Shown: positions 49,599 through 60,038 of the stretch, in pieces
How the letters are laid out: each line of letters starts with the position of its first letter
Numbering within the stretch: the stretch's first letter is position 1
Source of the DNA: Planctomycetota bacterium
Lineage (GTDB): Bacteria > Planctomycetota > PLA2 > JAEUHO01
Length of the DNA stretch: 64,000 nucleotides
Reading direction: 5' to 3'
Assembly (NCBI GenBank): GCA_050248855.1
Contig: JBFWRP010000008.1
Coordinates: 1 to 64,000 of the forward strand
The notes under the pieces: generated by a model
The model's input: only the letters and a program-made list of their open reading frames with translations
Databases searched by the model: none
What the model was told of the DNA's origin: nothing
Position numbers and translations under genes: made by a program

Positions 49599-51236
49599 AT
49601 GACCCGTCGATCCGTTGCCAGCATCGTCGCCGCGCTCCTGCTGACCCCCGTCGTGGGGTTCGTGCCTGGAGGCACGGCCCAGGCCAAGGACGCCGAGGTG
49701 GCCACCGTCGTGGCCGAGGAGGGCGTGTTCGGCGCCGCGGTCTCCTTCGATGCGCGCGTCGTCCCGATGGACGTCCACGAGGTCGAGATCGAGACCAACC
49801 GCTACGGCGGACCCTTCGAGGTCGTCGAGGCGCGCGCCTCGGGCCCCGTCGAGGCCGGTGACACGCTGATCCGCTTCGACCCGGCCGAGATCGACCGGCA
49901 GATCGAGCGCGAGCGGATCGAGCTGCAGCTCGTCATGGCCAAGTTCGAGGAGGCCGAGGTCGGCTACGCGCAGACGGTCGAGCGCCTGCGGCTGGCGGTC
50001 GAGGACGCCCAGCGCGACGAGCGCAATGCCCGCCTGGAGCTCGAGCGCTGGAACGCGGTCGAGCGCGAGCTGCGACTGGCCGAGCAGGCGCAGAGCCTGG
50101 AGGCGGGCCGCGAGTTCCTCCAGAACCAGGAGGAGGAGCTGGCCCAGCTCGAGAAGATGTACGGCGAGGACGACCTCACGGAGGAGACCGAGGAGATCGT
50201 GCTGCGCCGGACGCGGCGCAGCGTCGAGCGCGCGCGCAAGAACCTCGAATGGCGCGAGATCCGCCACAAGTACTACCTCGAGGTCATCTTCCCGCGCGAG
50301 GACGAGAAGCTCGACGCGGCCTTGCGCAAGGCCAAGCTCCGTCTGGAGCAGGAGATGAAGACGCAGGAGATCGACAAGCGGGCCGCGGATCTCAACCGCG
50401 AGAAGGCGCGCTTGGACCTGGACGCCAAGAAGCGCAGCCTGGCCGAGCTCGAGGAAGACCGCGAGCAGATGGTGCTGAAGGCGCCGCGCGCGGGCCTCGC
50501 GGTGGCCGGGCGGCTGAACAACGGTGCCTGGCAGGGCATTCGCGAGAACGACCTCACCTACGAGGTCGGCGACAAGGTCAAGCCGGGTCAGGTGCTGTAC
50601 ACGCTGTTCACGGCCAACCACCTCCATCTCGTCGCGGGGATCGGACAGGGCGATCTCGATGACGTGGTTGCCGGTCAGCCCGCGTGGTTCGACCTGGGGC
50701 TGGGCGAGGACGAGCTGTTCCGCGCCGAGGTGGAGCGCGTCGGCCGCTTCCCGCGCGACGACAAGTTCGAGGTCTACCTGCGGCTGACGCGCGGGGACCC
50801 GCGCTTCCAGGCCGGCCAGAAGGCCAAGGTCACCGTGCTCGGCAAGACCGCGCCCGTGTCCGTGCACGTCCCCAAGGACGCCGTGGCCCGTCAGGGCAAG
50901 AAGGCGTACGTCCACGTCGCCAAGGACGGGGCGTTCGTCTGGCAGGAGGTCGAGACCGGCGACGTGATCGGTGATCGCATCGCGATCAAGAAGGGGCTCG
51001 AGCCCGGTACCCGCATCGCGGCGAAGGCGCCGAAGCGCAAGGACGAAGAGGCCGCGGACGAGGGCAAGAAGGAGGGCGCCAAGGACGACGCCAAGGCCTC
51101 GGGCGAGGGCGACGCGAAGGAAGCTCCGAAGGAGGACGCCGCCGCGAAGGAGCCCAAGGAGAGCCCGCAGGAGGAGCCGCCCCAGGAGGCTCCGGCGGAG
51201 CAGCCGAAGGACGCCCCGAAGGTGCCGGGCAAGTGA
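49599..51236 (+). CDS. HlyD/membrane-fusion-like periplasmic adaptor with a long coiled coil and a K/E/P-rich tail
   Basis: Signal peptide, VEAGDTL..FD, LKAP--G, V-PGQ-L, VPKDAV, V-TG...I--GL-PG; GAGG ribosome-binding site. Confidence 0.8.
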   Translation: MTRRSVASIVAALLLTPVVGFVPGGTAQAKDAEVATVVAEEGVFGAAVSFDARVVPMDVHEVEIETNRYGGPFEVVEARASGPVEAGDTLIRFDPAEIDRQIERERIELQLVMAKFEEAEVGYAQTVERLRLAVEDAQRDERNARLELERWNAVERELRLAEQAQSLEAGREFLQNQEEELAQLEKMYGEDDLTEETEEIVLRRTRRSVERARKNLEWREIRHKYYLEVIFPREDEKLDAALRKAKLRLEQEMKTQEIDKRAADLNREKARLDLDAKKRSLAELEEDREQMVLKAPRAGLAVAGRLNNGAWQGIRENDLTYEVGDKVKPGQVLYTLFTANHLHLVAGIGQGDLDDVVAGQPAWFDLGLGEDELFRAEVERVGRFPRDDKFEVYLRLTRGDPRFQAGQKAKVTVLGKTAPVSVHVPKDAVARQGKKAYVHVAKDGAFVWQEVETGDVIGDRIAIKKGLEPGTRIAAKAPKRKDEEAADEGKKEGAKDDAKASGEGDAKEAPKEDAAAKEPKESPQEEPPQEAPAEQPKDAPKVPGK

Positions 51237-52504
51237 GGCGCGCCTCCGCCTTCCTGGCCGTCCTGCTCGTCGGCCTCCTGCCGACGCCCGGGAGCAGCAC
51301 GCACGCGCTCGCCGACGAGCCGGCTCCGGCACCGGTGGCCGCACCGCCGCAGGCCGAGGCACCCGAGTCCCCGCCGGTCGTCGCCAGCGAGGCGGTCGGG
51401 GCGACGCGCGCGTCCATCGAGCGCGGCGCCGGCTGGCTCGGCGAGAACCAGAACAAGAACGGCTCCTGGGGCAGCTCGGCCAGCAACCTCTGGGACATCT
51501 ACGCGCCGCCTCCCGGTTCCCAGCAGGCCTTCCAGACGGCCTCGGTCGCGCTGGCCCTCTCGGGGCTGCTCGAGAACCGCGAGCGGCTTGCGGCCAGCGC
51601 CGAAGAGCGCGCCCGGATCGACGAGCAGATCGAGCGGGCCACGGTCTGGTTGCTCGACCACCACGCCATCCGCCGCATCCGGGCGGACACGCTCTACAAC
51701 ACGTGGGCCCTGTCGTACGCGCTGGAGGCGTTCGCCCGTCTGCTCGAGCGCAAGCCCGCGCCCGAACGGCGCGCGCAGCTGCGGGAAGGGTGCGAGCGTT
51801 GCATCGACCTGCTCGAGCGCTTCGAGTTCGCGGAAGGCGGCTGGGGTTACTACAACTTCGACGCCCAGACGCGACGTCCGGGGCCCGGCGCCACCAGCTT
51901 CACGACGGCCACGGCCTTGATCGCCATGCACCGCGCCGCTCAGCAGGGCGTCAGCGTTCCCGAGCGCCTGGTCGAGCGGGGCAAGCGCATCATCCGCCTC
52001 TCCTGGCGGCCCGACAACGCGTTCTACTACAGCCCGGACCACCGCTTGGCCGGCGCGCGCATGGGCGTCAACCAGGTCAAGGGCAGCTTGGCCCGCACGC
52101 CGACCTGCCTGCTGGCGCTCGAGCTGTGGGGCGAGCCCGTTCCCGCCGCGAAGTGGCGCAAGTGCTTCGAGGACCTGGAGGAGTTCGGCCACTTCCTGCG
52201 CATCGCGCGCAAGTACCCGATCCCGCACGAGACCTGGTACCAGAACTCGGGCTACTTCTGCCTCTACGGCTACTACTACGCGGCGATGAGCTTGCGCTTC
52301 CTCCCCGCCGACGTGGCGCGCGAGCACGCCGACCGCATCGCATTCCACGTGCGCGGCATGCAGGAAAAGGACGGCTCCACGTGGGACTACCAGCTGTTCC
52401 AGTTCCACAAGGCCTACGGCACGGGGTACTCGCTGCTGGCGCTCGACGAGGCCTTGGACGTGCTGGAGCGACCCCAGGTCGTTGCCGACGACGCGGCTCG
52501 CTGA
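51233..52504 (+). CDS. Exported prenyltransferase/squalene-cyclase-repeat-like (alpha/alpha toroid) protein
   Basis: Signal peptide; QW-like motifs WL-ENQNKNGSW, GGWGYY and MQEKDGSTW. Confidence 0.65.
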   Translation: MRRASAFLAVLLVGLLPTPGSSTHALADEPAPAPVAAPPQAEAPESPPVVASEAVGATRASIERGAGWLGENQNKNGSWGSSASNLWDIYAPPPGSQQAFQTASVALALSGLLENRERLAASAEERARIDEQIERATVWLLDHHAIRRIRADTLYNTWALSYALEAFARLLERKPAPERRAQLREGCERCIDLLERFEFAEGGWGYYNFDAQTRRPGPGATSFTTATALIAMHRAAQQGVSVPERLVERGKRIIRLSWRPDNAFYYSPDHRLAGARMGVNQVKGSLARTPTCLLALELWGEPVPAAKWRKCFEDLEEFGHFLRIARKYPIPHETWYQNSGYFCLYGYYYAAMSLRFLPADVAREHADRIAFHVRGMQEKDGSTWDYQLFQFHKAYGTGYSLLALDEALDVLERPQVVADDAAR

Positions 52505-53297
52505 CCCGGACGACCCGCGCCTCGCGGTCTACGCGACGGTCCGCGACCCGGACCTCGTGCGCCGCGAGCACCGGTTCCTGGCGGAAGGACGGCTGTTGGT
52601 CCGCGCCCTGCTCGCCTCGCGCACGCACGTGGTCGAAAGCGTGCTCGTGACGCCGATCGCGCGGGCGGGCCTGGCCGACGCGCTGGACGCGCGCGGGGAC
52701 GTCGAGGTGCTCGAGATCGAGCCGCAGCTGCTGGAGCACCTGGGCGGCATCCGCTTCCACCAGGGGTGCCTCGCCGCGGCGCGCCGGCCGCAGCCGAAGA
52801 CGGTCGCCGCGCTGCTGGCGGTCGTCGAGGGCCCGGGCCCGCTGCTCGTGCTGGAGAACGTCTCCAACCCCGACAACATCGGCACGCTCCTGCGCTCGGC
52901 GTTGGCGCTGGGCGCGGCGGGCGCCGTGCTCTCGCCGACATGCGCCAGCCCGCTGTACCGCAAGGCGCTGCGCGCCTCGATGGGCGCCGCGCTGCGCCTG
53001 CCCTTCGCCCACGACGCCGAGAGCTGGGAGGCAAGTCTCGTGGCGTTGCAGACGGCGGGGGTCGTGCGGATCGGGTTCACGCCCGCCGCCACGGCCGAGC
53101 CGCTGCCGGCATGGGCGAGGGCCCGGGACCGTGGCCGGCGCGTGGCGCTGTTCCTCGGCGCCGAGCACGACGGGCTCCAGGCGCGGACGATGGCGGCGCT
53201 CGACGTGCTCGTGCGCATCCCCATGGCGGCGGGCGTCGACTCGCTCAACGTCGCCGCTGCCGGTGCCATCGGCCTCTACGAGCTGGCTCGCGAGTAG
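52482..53297 (+). CDS. TrmH/SpoU family RNA 2'-O-methyltransferase
   Basis: AEG, NPDNIG-LLRSA, RASMG, GAE-DGL and IPM--GVDSLNV. Confidence 0.9.
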   Translation: MPTTRLADPDDPRLAVYATVRDPDLVRREHRFLAEGRLLVRALLASRTHVVESVLVTPIARAGLADALDARGDVEVLEIEPQLLEHLGGIRFHQGCLAAARRPQPKTVAALLAVVEGPGPLLVLENVSNPDNIGTLLRSALALGAAGAVLSPTCASPLYRKALRASMGAALRLPFAHDAESWEASLVALQTAGVVRIGFTPAATAEPLPAWARARDRGRRVALFLGAEHDGLQARTMAALDVLVRIPMAAGVDSLNVAAAGAIGLYELARE

Positions 53298-53302
53298 CGG
53301 GA

Positions 53303-53400
53303 GAACGGAGTCGGGTGAGATTCCAACCTCGGGCTGGGACACGCTCTCGCATGCGGGAGGACAACGCGGCCCGAGGTTGGAATCTCGCCCGACTCCGTAC
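53303..53400. repeat. 98-bp palindromic element, family A
   Basis: Arms with the co-varying pair CCAACC/GGTTGG. Confidence 0.92.
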
Positions 53401-53427
53401 CGTGGCTGCTGCCGTACGCTCTCCGGC

Positions 53428-54402
53428 GTGACCGACACCCTGGCGCCCACGCTTCGCCGCCCGCCGACGTTCCTCGCGTGGACGCTGTACGTGCTGTCGG
53501 TGCCCGAGCGGGTGCTGCGCATGGTCGCGTCCACGCTCGGACACCTGCTGCGGCCGCTTCTGCTGGTGGTGCCCGCCCCGATCCGCCGCGGCCGCTTCTA
53601 CCGGCTGGCTGTCGAACGCCAGGTCCGCATGCTGACCGACGACGTCGGGCAAGCACGCCTCTTCCCGGGCCAGCCGGCATTGGACGCGGCGCTGGCCAAG
53701 CGGCTGGCCGTGGGCGGCGCGGTCGACAACGTGCTCATGGTGGCGCTCCATGCCTCGCCGCTCTGGATCCTGCTTGCGGCCAGTGACGTCAGCGAAGGCG
53801 CCGCCAAGTTCGTGGAGGACCTGGGCGCCGAGCTCGAGGCCAAGGGCTACGTCGCCGAAGGCTCGCGCCTCTCCGGCGTGGACCGGGTCCTCTCGGGGAT
53901 GAGCCGCCTCTCGGGCCGTCTGGCCGAGTCGCTCGACGCACCGCCGCTGGAGATGGCCGCCTTGCGCAAGAACCTGGCCGACGTCCGCTCGGAGCTCGAG
54001 GACGTGGGGGGGGCTGCGCTCGAGCAGCTTCCGGACTTGGACCGCTTCGCCAGGGAGGTTCGCGACCTCGCCCGCCACGACGAAGCGTCGTTGCTCGAGA
54101 CGGTGGGGACGCTGGCGGTGGGCACGTGGACCAAGGCCGGCCGCGTCGTCGGCGCTGGCGTGGCCGGCGTGGCGAGCGGGCTCTCCATCCTCGGCCGCCG
54201 CGCGTGGAACGACGTGGTGGGGGACTGGTTCGACTCGCTGGAGCGGCTGCGACGGCGCGGTGTCCGCGGGGCGCTGCGCACATTCCTGCGTCCGCAGGGG
54301 CGAAGTGCGCGCGTGCTCTTCGACCCCCGCTTCGTCACGCTGACGGAGCGTGCGCTTACCGCCGGTCGCTACGGGAGGGCGGCGTGGCGCCTGTCGTCAT
54401 GA
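53428..54402 (+). CDS. Hypothetical alpha-helical protein
   Basis: Long ORF with coding-like codon usage; TACGCT 7 nt before GTG; no motif recognised. Confidence 0.65.
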   Translation: MTDTLAPTLRRPPTFLAWTLYVLSVPERVLRMVASTLGHLLRPLLLVVPAPIRRGRFYRLAVERQVRMLTDDVGQARLFPGQPALDAALAKRLAVGGAVDNVLMVALHASPLWILLAASDVSEGAAKFVEDLGAELEAKGYVAEGSRLSGVDRVLSGMSRLSGRLAESLDAPPLEMAALRKNLADVRSELEDVGGAALEQLPDLDRFAREVRDLARHDEASLLETVGTLAVGTWTKAGRVVGAGVAGVASGLSILGRRAWNDVVGDWFDSLERLRRRGVRGALRTFLRPQGRSARVLFDPRFVTLTERALTAGRYGRAAWRLSS

Positions 54403-55306
54403 GGCGGCGGGCGAGCTTGCGGATCGTACGCGGCGACGTACCGCAGCAGCCGCCGACCAGACGCGCCCCGCACGCAGGCCAGCCCTGGGCCTGCGCGACG
54501 TAGGCACGGTCGCTCGTGCCGCCCTGCCATCCCCAGCCGCCGTCCCGTGCGGGGGATCCACGGCCATTGGCGTATGCGCCGAACGGATGCCCGGTTGCCG
54601 CGCCCAGCACGTCGAGCGCGCGCGTCGCGACGCCGACGGGACAGCAGTTGACGAGGATGGCCAGCGGATCCACGGCCGCGACTTCGCGGGCCGCGACGGC
54701 GAGGTCCTCGCCATCGAGCAGGCGCCCGTCGGCCCCGAGCACGAACGACACGACGGCGGGCAGCGCGCCCGCACGGGCGGCCTCCAGCGCGGTCACGGCT
54801 TCGCGCAACGTGGGCATCGTCTCGATCCAGCCAAGCGTCGCGCCCGCCGCCACGAGGCTCCCGACGTGTACGGCGTGCTCGACGCGAAGCGTCGTCGCAT
54901 CGGGCGTGCGGTCGGGGCGGTAGCAGTCCTCGAGCGGGGCGATGGAACCCGCGACGAACACGGGTGCCTGGGGGTCCGCGGCGGCGACGCCCTCGCGGGC
55001 CAGGCGGATCGCCAGGGCCGTGAGGGGTCGCGCCTCCTGGCCACGGCCCACTTTCGCGAGCGTGTGTCGCGCCGTGCGGAACGTGTTGGCCACGACCACG
55101 CGCGCACCCGCGCGCACGTAGCGACGGTGGAGGTCCCGCACCCGGTCCGGTCGCGAGTCCAGCGCCGCGGTGGACCACAGCGGCGCCGGCAGCGCAACGC
55201 CGCGCCGTTCCAGCTCGCTGCCGAACCCACCGGAGAGCAGCAGCGGCCCTTCGGCCAACGTCGCGAGGAATCCGGCGGCGACGGGCGAGGAGGTGTGGGA
55301 GGTCAT
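54356..55306 (-). CDS. Homocysteine S-methyltransferase family protein
   Basis: G--GSEL, LWS, H--Y--AGA, ANTF, AGSIAP, IET, NCC, YAN and GGCCG. Confidence 0.85.
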   Translation of the reverse strand: MTSHTSSPVAAGFLATLAEGPLLLSGGFGSELERRGVALPAPLWSTAALDSRPDRVRDLHRRYVRAGARVVVANTFRTARHTLAKVGRGQEARPLTALAIRLAREGVAAADPQAPVFVAGSIAPLEDCYRPDRTPDATTLRVEHAVHVGSLVAAGATLGWIETMPTLREAVTALEAARAGALPAVVSFVLGADGRLLDGEDLAVAAREVAAVDPLAILVNCCPVGVATRALDVLGAATGHPFGAYANGRGSPARDGGWGWQGGTSDRAYVAQAQGWPACGARLVGGCCGTSPRTIRKLARRLMTTGATPPSRSDRR

Positions 55307-55353
55307 CGCTTCACTCTGCGGAGGCGGGGAGATCCTCAGGACGGAGTCGTCCA

Positions 55354-55451
55354 GTACGGAGTCGGGTGAGATTCCACCTTCGGGCTGCCATGCGTGTCCG
55401 CATGGGGACGCTCACTGGGGCCCGAAGGTGGAATCTCACCCGACTCCGTAC
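55354..55451. repeat. 98-bp palindromic element, family A
   Basis: Arms with the co-varying pair CCACCTTCGGG/CCCGAAGGTGG. Confidence 0.92.
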
Positions 55452-55463
55452 CTGCCAATCGTC

Positions 55464-56414
55464 TCACCGCTTCAGGTCGGTCGGGAGCGGCCCGTTCTGC
55501 GCGACCCACTTCTCGATGGCGTTGCGGATCTCCTCGCGGCGGTGCTCGCCGCTCGGGTGCGTGCTCATGAACTCGGGGGGGCGTCCCTTGCCGGCCGTGC
55601 GGTCGAGCGTGTTCATCACGTCGATCAGCGCCTCCGGGTGGTAACCCGCCTTGATCATGTAGCCGACGCCCAGCGTGTCGCTCTCCAGCTCCTGGTCACG
55701 GCCCCACTTCATGTTGATGAGCTGGCCGACCATCATGGCCATCATGGCCTGTTGCTGCGAGCTGGCGTTGTCAGGGTCGTACGTGGCCACCAAGACCGCG
55801 CCCGTGACACCTTGCATGAGCTGCATCTTGCTCATGCGCTCGGCGCCGTGGCGGCCGATGACATGTCCGATCTCGTGACCCAGGACGCCGGCGATGCGCG
55901 GTTCGGGCTCGCCGTCCTCGGCGAGGGCGCGCATGAGGGCATCCGTGATGAACACCTGGCCACCAGGCAGGGCAAAGGCATTCACCACGTTCGCGTCGGC
56001 CAGGGCGTGGAACTGCCAGCGGTACGGGGTCTGGTCCAAGCCGTTCGCGCGCACGATGCGCTGGCCGATCAGCTCCACCACCTCGCGCACCCGCGGGTCC
56101 GGGTGGAGACCGCGGTGCTGCTGGATCATCTCCGGGGCGGCTTGGAGCCCCAGCTGGATCTCCTGCTCCTGCGTCATCGAGATCGACTGGCGGCGCCCCG
56201 TGTAGGGGTTCTCCTCGCAGTTCTTCAGGAACGTGACCAGCGGGATGGCCAAGACGACCAACGCCACGAGCATCCGGCCGCCGCCGGGGAAGCCGCCGCG
56301 CCCGCCGCCCCCGTCGCGGGCCGTGGCGCGGCGACGCTCGAGCTCGGGCGGGACGCGGTCACCGTAGGGGGCGCGCGACCCGTACGGGTCCGGGCGGCGG
56401 GAGAAGATGCCCAT
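55464..56414 (-). CDS. M48 family zinc metalloprotease
   Basis: NAFALPGG, LGHEIGHV--RH, E-ESD--G, GY-P and FMSTHP. Confidence 0.9.
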   Translation of the reverse strand: MGIFSRRPDPYGSRAPYGDRVPPELERRRATARDGGGGRGGFPGGGRMLVALVVLAIPLVTFLKNCEENPYTGRRQSISMTQEQEIQLGLQAAPEMIQQHRGLHPDPRVREVVELIGQRIVRANGLDQTPYRWQFHALADANVVNAFALPGGQVFITDALMRALAEDGEPEPRIAGVLGHEIGHVIGRHGAERMSKMQLMQGVTGAVLVATYDPDNASSQQQAMMAMMVGQLINMKWGRDQELESDTLGVGYMIKAGYHPEALIDVMNTLDRTAGKGRPPEFMSTHPSGEHRREEIRNAIEKWVAQNGPLPTDLKR

Positions 56415-56521
56415 GGTGTGGCCTCCGGGAGGGGCCGCCAGACTACCGGATGCCGGGCGTGGCTCACGACCCGTGGGCGTGCCCTTCCTCCGCATGTCCA
56501 CCCGGGCGGCGTGCGCCCCGG

Positions 56522-58495
56522 TCAAGGCTGGGCGTCCAGGGCCTCCAAGGCTTCCGTCGCGTGCGTCCACGCGTCGAGCAAGGTCGTCAAGCGTGCCCGG
56601 GCCTGCTCCAGGGCGCGCAGCGCGGCCTGCGCCTCGGCCGGGTTGCTCCCCGGGGCGTAGCACGCTTCGAGCGCGGCTTCGAGCCGAGCGACCTCGGCCT
56701 CGGCGTCGGCCACGTCCGCCTCCAAGCGCTCGGCGCGCGAGGTGCGTCGCGCGCGCTCCCGACGCGCCTCGCGCTCGGCCTCGAAGGCGGCCTTCGCGTC
56801 GGCCTTCGTGCGCGCCGCCGCGTGCGGGTCGGCGGCGCCCCGCGTCTCGAGCGCCCCGCGGCGAGTCGGCCCCGCGGCGCGCCGCTCGTTCCACCACGTG
56901 CCGAACGGCACGGGGTGGTCGAGCAGCGCCGTGTCGCGGATCTCCAGGATGCGCGTGGCCAGGCGGTCCAGCAGGTAGCGATCGTGGCTCACGAAGAGCA
57001 ACGTGCCCTCGAACTCGAGCAGGGCCTCTTCAAGCTGCTCGGCCGACGCCGTGTCCAGGTGGTTGGTGGGCTCGTCGAGGATCAGCAGGTTGACCTGGTC
57101 GGCCACGAGCCGGGCCAGCTGCACGCGGCTCTTCTCGCCGCCCGACAGGGTGCCGAGCGGCCGGTCCAGGTCCTCCCGCGTGAACTGGAAGCGATGCAGC
57201 AGGTCGGCCGTCTCGCGCGGCAGGAGGCCCGTCGCCTCGCGTGTCCAGTCGAGCAGGGGCGCGGTGGGATCGAGCAGGTCGTGCAGCTGGCGGTACTCGC
57301 CCAGCCGCACGCTCTTGCCGATGCGCACGACGGGGTTCTCCCACGCGCCGTCATCGAGGATGGCGCGCAAGAGGGTCGTCTTGCCCGAGCCGTTGGGCCC
57401 CACGAGGGCCACGCGCTCGCCCTGTTCGATCTCGACGCGCGCGTCGGCCACGAGCGTGCGCTCGCCGGCCTGCACGGTGAGCCCGTCCAAGCGGACGGCC
57501 AGGCGGCCGTGCCGCGGGGCCCCGGCCAGCTTGGCGCGGAACGCGCCCGCCTCCGGCGGGGGCCTGTCGACCTTCTCCATGTGCTCGATGCGCCGCTTGA
57601 GGTTCTTGGCGCGCTGGGCCTGCGCGGGGTCGTCGTAGGCGTTGGCCATGTCCATCAGGCGACGGGCCTGGAACTCGAGCCGCGCGATGAGGCGCTGCTG
57701 GGCCTTCCACTGACGCTCCTGGCGGGCGCGGGCCTCGGCCTTCTGCTGCTGCCAGTCGCCGTAGCCGCCGGTCCAGGACGTCACGCGCTGCTGGTCGATC
57801 TCCCAGATCTCGCGCACGCTGGCGTCGAGCAGGTGGCGGTCGTGGCTGACGAGGATCACCGCCGCACGCGTGGTGCGCAGGAAGCGCACGAACCAGTCGA
57901 TCGCGTCCATGTCGAGGTGGTTCGTGGGTTCGTCGAGCAACAGGATGTCGGGGTCCTGCAGCAGGACTTGCGCCAGCGCGATCACGTTGCGCTCGCCGCC
58001 GCTGAAGGCCTCCAAGGGCTGGTCGTGGACGCCCTCGTGGAGACCCAGCCACGTGAGCGTGGTCTCGATCCGCCGCTCCAGGTCGTAGACGCCGCGCTCG
58101 GCTTGGCGCTCCTGGAGGCGGCCGTAGCGGGCCAGCAGGCGTTCGCGCGTCTCGGGGTCGGGGTCCTCGGCCAGTGCGTGCTCGATGTCGAGAAGGCTCT
58201 CCTCGAGGCGTTCCGCGTCGGCGAGCGCGCTACGCATGTGGTCCATGACCGTCAGGCCCGGCGGCGCGCGCAGCTCCTGCGCCTGGTAGGCCACGCGCAC
58301 GTCGCGCGGGGTGCGCACGACGCCGCCCGTGGGGTCGAGCTGTCCGGCGAGCAGCTTCAACAGCGTCGACTTGCCGCTGCCGTTGCGACCTACGAGGCCG
58401 ATGCGGTCGCCGGGCTGGATCCTCACCGAAACGCCCTCGAACAGGAGCGGTCCCCCGTGGTGCATCGACAGGTCGTGGGTGGAGAGGAGGGTCAC
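56522..58495 (-). CDS. ABC-F family ATPase
   Basis: Two ABC domains ([22 protein letters not shown] and [22 protein letters not shown]), no TM segments, C-terminal coiled coil. Confidence 0.93.
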   Translation of the reverse strand: MTLLSTHDLSMHHGGPLLFEGVSVRIQPGDRIGLVGRNGSGKSTLLKLLAGQLDPTGGVVRTPRDVRVAYQAQELRAPPGLTVMDHMRSALADAERLEESLLDIEHALAEDPDPETRERLLARYGRLQERQAERGVYDLERRIETTLTWLGLHEGVHDQPLEAFSGGERNVIALAQVLLQDPDILLLDEPTNHLDMDAIDWFVRFLRTTRAAVILVSHDRHLLDASVREIWEIDQQRVTSWTGGYGDWQQQKAEARARQERQWKAQQRLIARLEFQARRLMDMANAYDDPAQAQRAKNLKRRIEHMEKVDRPPPEAGAFRAKLAGAPRHGRLAVRLDGLTVQAGERTLVADARVEIEQGERVALVGPNGSGKTTLLRAILDDGAWENPVVRIGKSVRLGEYRQLHDLLDPTAPLLDWTREATGLLPRETADLLHRFQFTREDLDRPLGTLSGGEKSRVQLARLVADQVNLLILDEPTNHLDTASAEQLEEALLEFEGTLLFVSHDRYLLDRLATRILEIRDTALLDHPVPFGTWWNERRAAGPTRRGALETRGAADPHAAARTKADAKAAFEAEREARRERARRTSRAERLEADVADAEAEVARLEAALEACYAPGSNPAEAQAALRALEQARARLTTLLDAWTHATEALEALDAQP

Positions 58496-58539
58496 GGGGT
58501 CACGGTGTACGGGAAGAGGGGGAGGCGGGGGAGAACCCG

Positions 58540-58637
58540 GTACGGAGTCGGGTGAGATTCCACCTTCGGGCCGCAATGCACTCCCGGGTGCGGGAACGCC
58601 AGGCCGCCCGAGGGTGGAATCCCACCCGACTCCCGCC
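58540..58637. repeat. 98-bp palindromic element, family A (right terminus eroded)
   Basis: Family A arms. Confidence 0.88.
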
Positions 58638-58640
58638 CCG

Positions 58641-60038
58641 CTAGCACTCCGGCAGGCTGACGGCGAGGCCGCCTTCGCCCGTTTCCTTGTATTCGCGGCG
58701 CATGTCCTCGCCGGTGCGGCGCATCACGCGGATGACGCGGTCGAGGCTGATCAGGTGCTTGCCGTCGGAGTGCAGCGCCAGCTGGGCCGCGCTCCAGGCC
58801 TTGGCCACGCCCATGGCGTTGCGCTCGATGCACGGCGCCTGCACGAGACCCTTCAGCGGGTCGCACGTGAGGCCCAGGTTGTGTTCGATGGCGATCTCGG
58901 CGGCGTAAGCCACCTGGTCCAGGCTTCCGCCCAGGAGCTCGCACAGCGATGCCGCAGCCATGGCCGTGGCGCTCCCCACCTCGCCCTGGCAGCCGACCTC
59001 GGCCCCGGACAGGCTCGCGTGGGCCTTGATCAACATGGCGATCGACGCGGCGGTGGCCAATGCGTCCACGACACGCTCTTCGTCAAGCGCCAAGCGCTCC
59101 GTGGCCTCGCGCAGCACGGCGGGCAGGACGCCCGCGGCGCCGTTCGTCGGCGCCGTGACGACGCGACCTCCGTCGGCGTTCTCCTCCGAGATCGCGAACG
59201 CATAGCTCTGCGCGCGTGCGATGTGCCGGTAGCCCAGCTCCACGTGGCCGCCCTCGACACGCTCGGCGAGGTCGCGCGCGCGGCGGCGCATGCCGAGCCC
59301 GCCGGGCAGCTCGCCGCGCGCCGCGAGCCCCCGCTCGATGCACGCGCCCATGGCCTTCCACACGCGACGCAGGCCGTTGCGGGCCGCGCGGGGATCGCCT
59401 TCCCACGCCGCCTCGTTGGCCAGCACGACGGCCCCCATGGTGCCGCCCAGCGAACGGGCGGCGTGCGCCAGGCTGGCGGCATCCGCGAACGGAAGCACGG
59501 GGTCGGGCAGCTCGGCGTCGCGGTCGCCGCCCGGGCCGTCGATCTCGTCGATGAAGCCGCCGCCGAGCGAGACCCACGTCGTGTCGGCGATCACCTGCCG
59601 CGAGCCCGTGCGCGCCATGAGGCGCATCGTGTTGGGATGCGGCAAGCGCTCCCCGCGGTACGCGCGGTAGGGCAGCAAGCGCACGTCCCCCGGCTCGAGG
59701 CGCAGCGTGCCGCCCGCGGGCCACGGCGTCTCGGGGTCGGCGGCGAGCGTCTCGGGCAGCGTGCGCAGGGCGTCGGGGTCGCACGTCTCCGGGTCCCAGC
59801 CGAGCAGGCCGCCGAGCACGGCGCGATCCGTGCCGTGCCCCTTGCCCGTGGCCGACAGCGAGCCCTTCAGGTCCACGCGGAAGCGACGCACACGCGCGCC
59901 GCTCTCGATCAACCGCTGGCGGAACGCGGCGGCCGCGCGCATCGGACCCACGGTGTGGCTGCTGCTGGGGCCGGGCCCGATGCGGTAGACGTGCAGCAGC
60001 CGCGTGCGGATGGGGGTGTGGACGATGGGGCGTGTCAC
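58641..60038 (-). CDS. sdaA: Fe-S L-serine dehydratase
   Basis: [54 protein letters not shown] and LGLTCDP--GLVQ-PCIERN. Confidence 0.95.
   Translation of the reverse strand: MTRPIVHTPIRTRLLHVYRIGPGPSSSHTVGPMRAAAAFRQRLIESGARVRRFRVDLKGSLSATGKGHGTDRAVLGGLLGWDPETCDPDALRTLPETLAADPETPWPAGGTLRLEPGDVRLLPYRAYRGERLPHPNTMRLMARTGSRQVIADTTWVSLGGGFIDEIDGPGGDRDAELPDPVLPFADAASLAHAARSLGGTMGAVVLANEAAWEGDPRAARNGLRRVWKAMGACIERGLAARGELPGGLGMRRRARDLAERVEGGHVELGYRHIARAQSYAFAISEENADGGRVVTAPTNGAAGVLPAVLREATERLALDEERVVDALATAASIAMLIKAHASLSGAEVGCQGEVGSATAMAAASLCELLGGSLDQVAYAAEIAIEHNLGLTCDPLKGLVQAPCIERNAMGVAKAWSAAQLALHSDGKHLISLDRVIRVMRRTGEDMRREYKETGEGGLAVSLPEC

Noticed and set aside
54356..54402. 47-bp convergent gene overlap as a regulatory feature
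   Set aside because: Short 3' overlaps are common in GC-rich genomes where stop codons are scarce.
55307..55463. SAM riboswitch upstream of the homocysteine methyltransferase
   Set aside because: The region is occupied by a family A repeat, no riboswitch core was recognised, and the gene looks leaderless.
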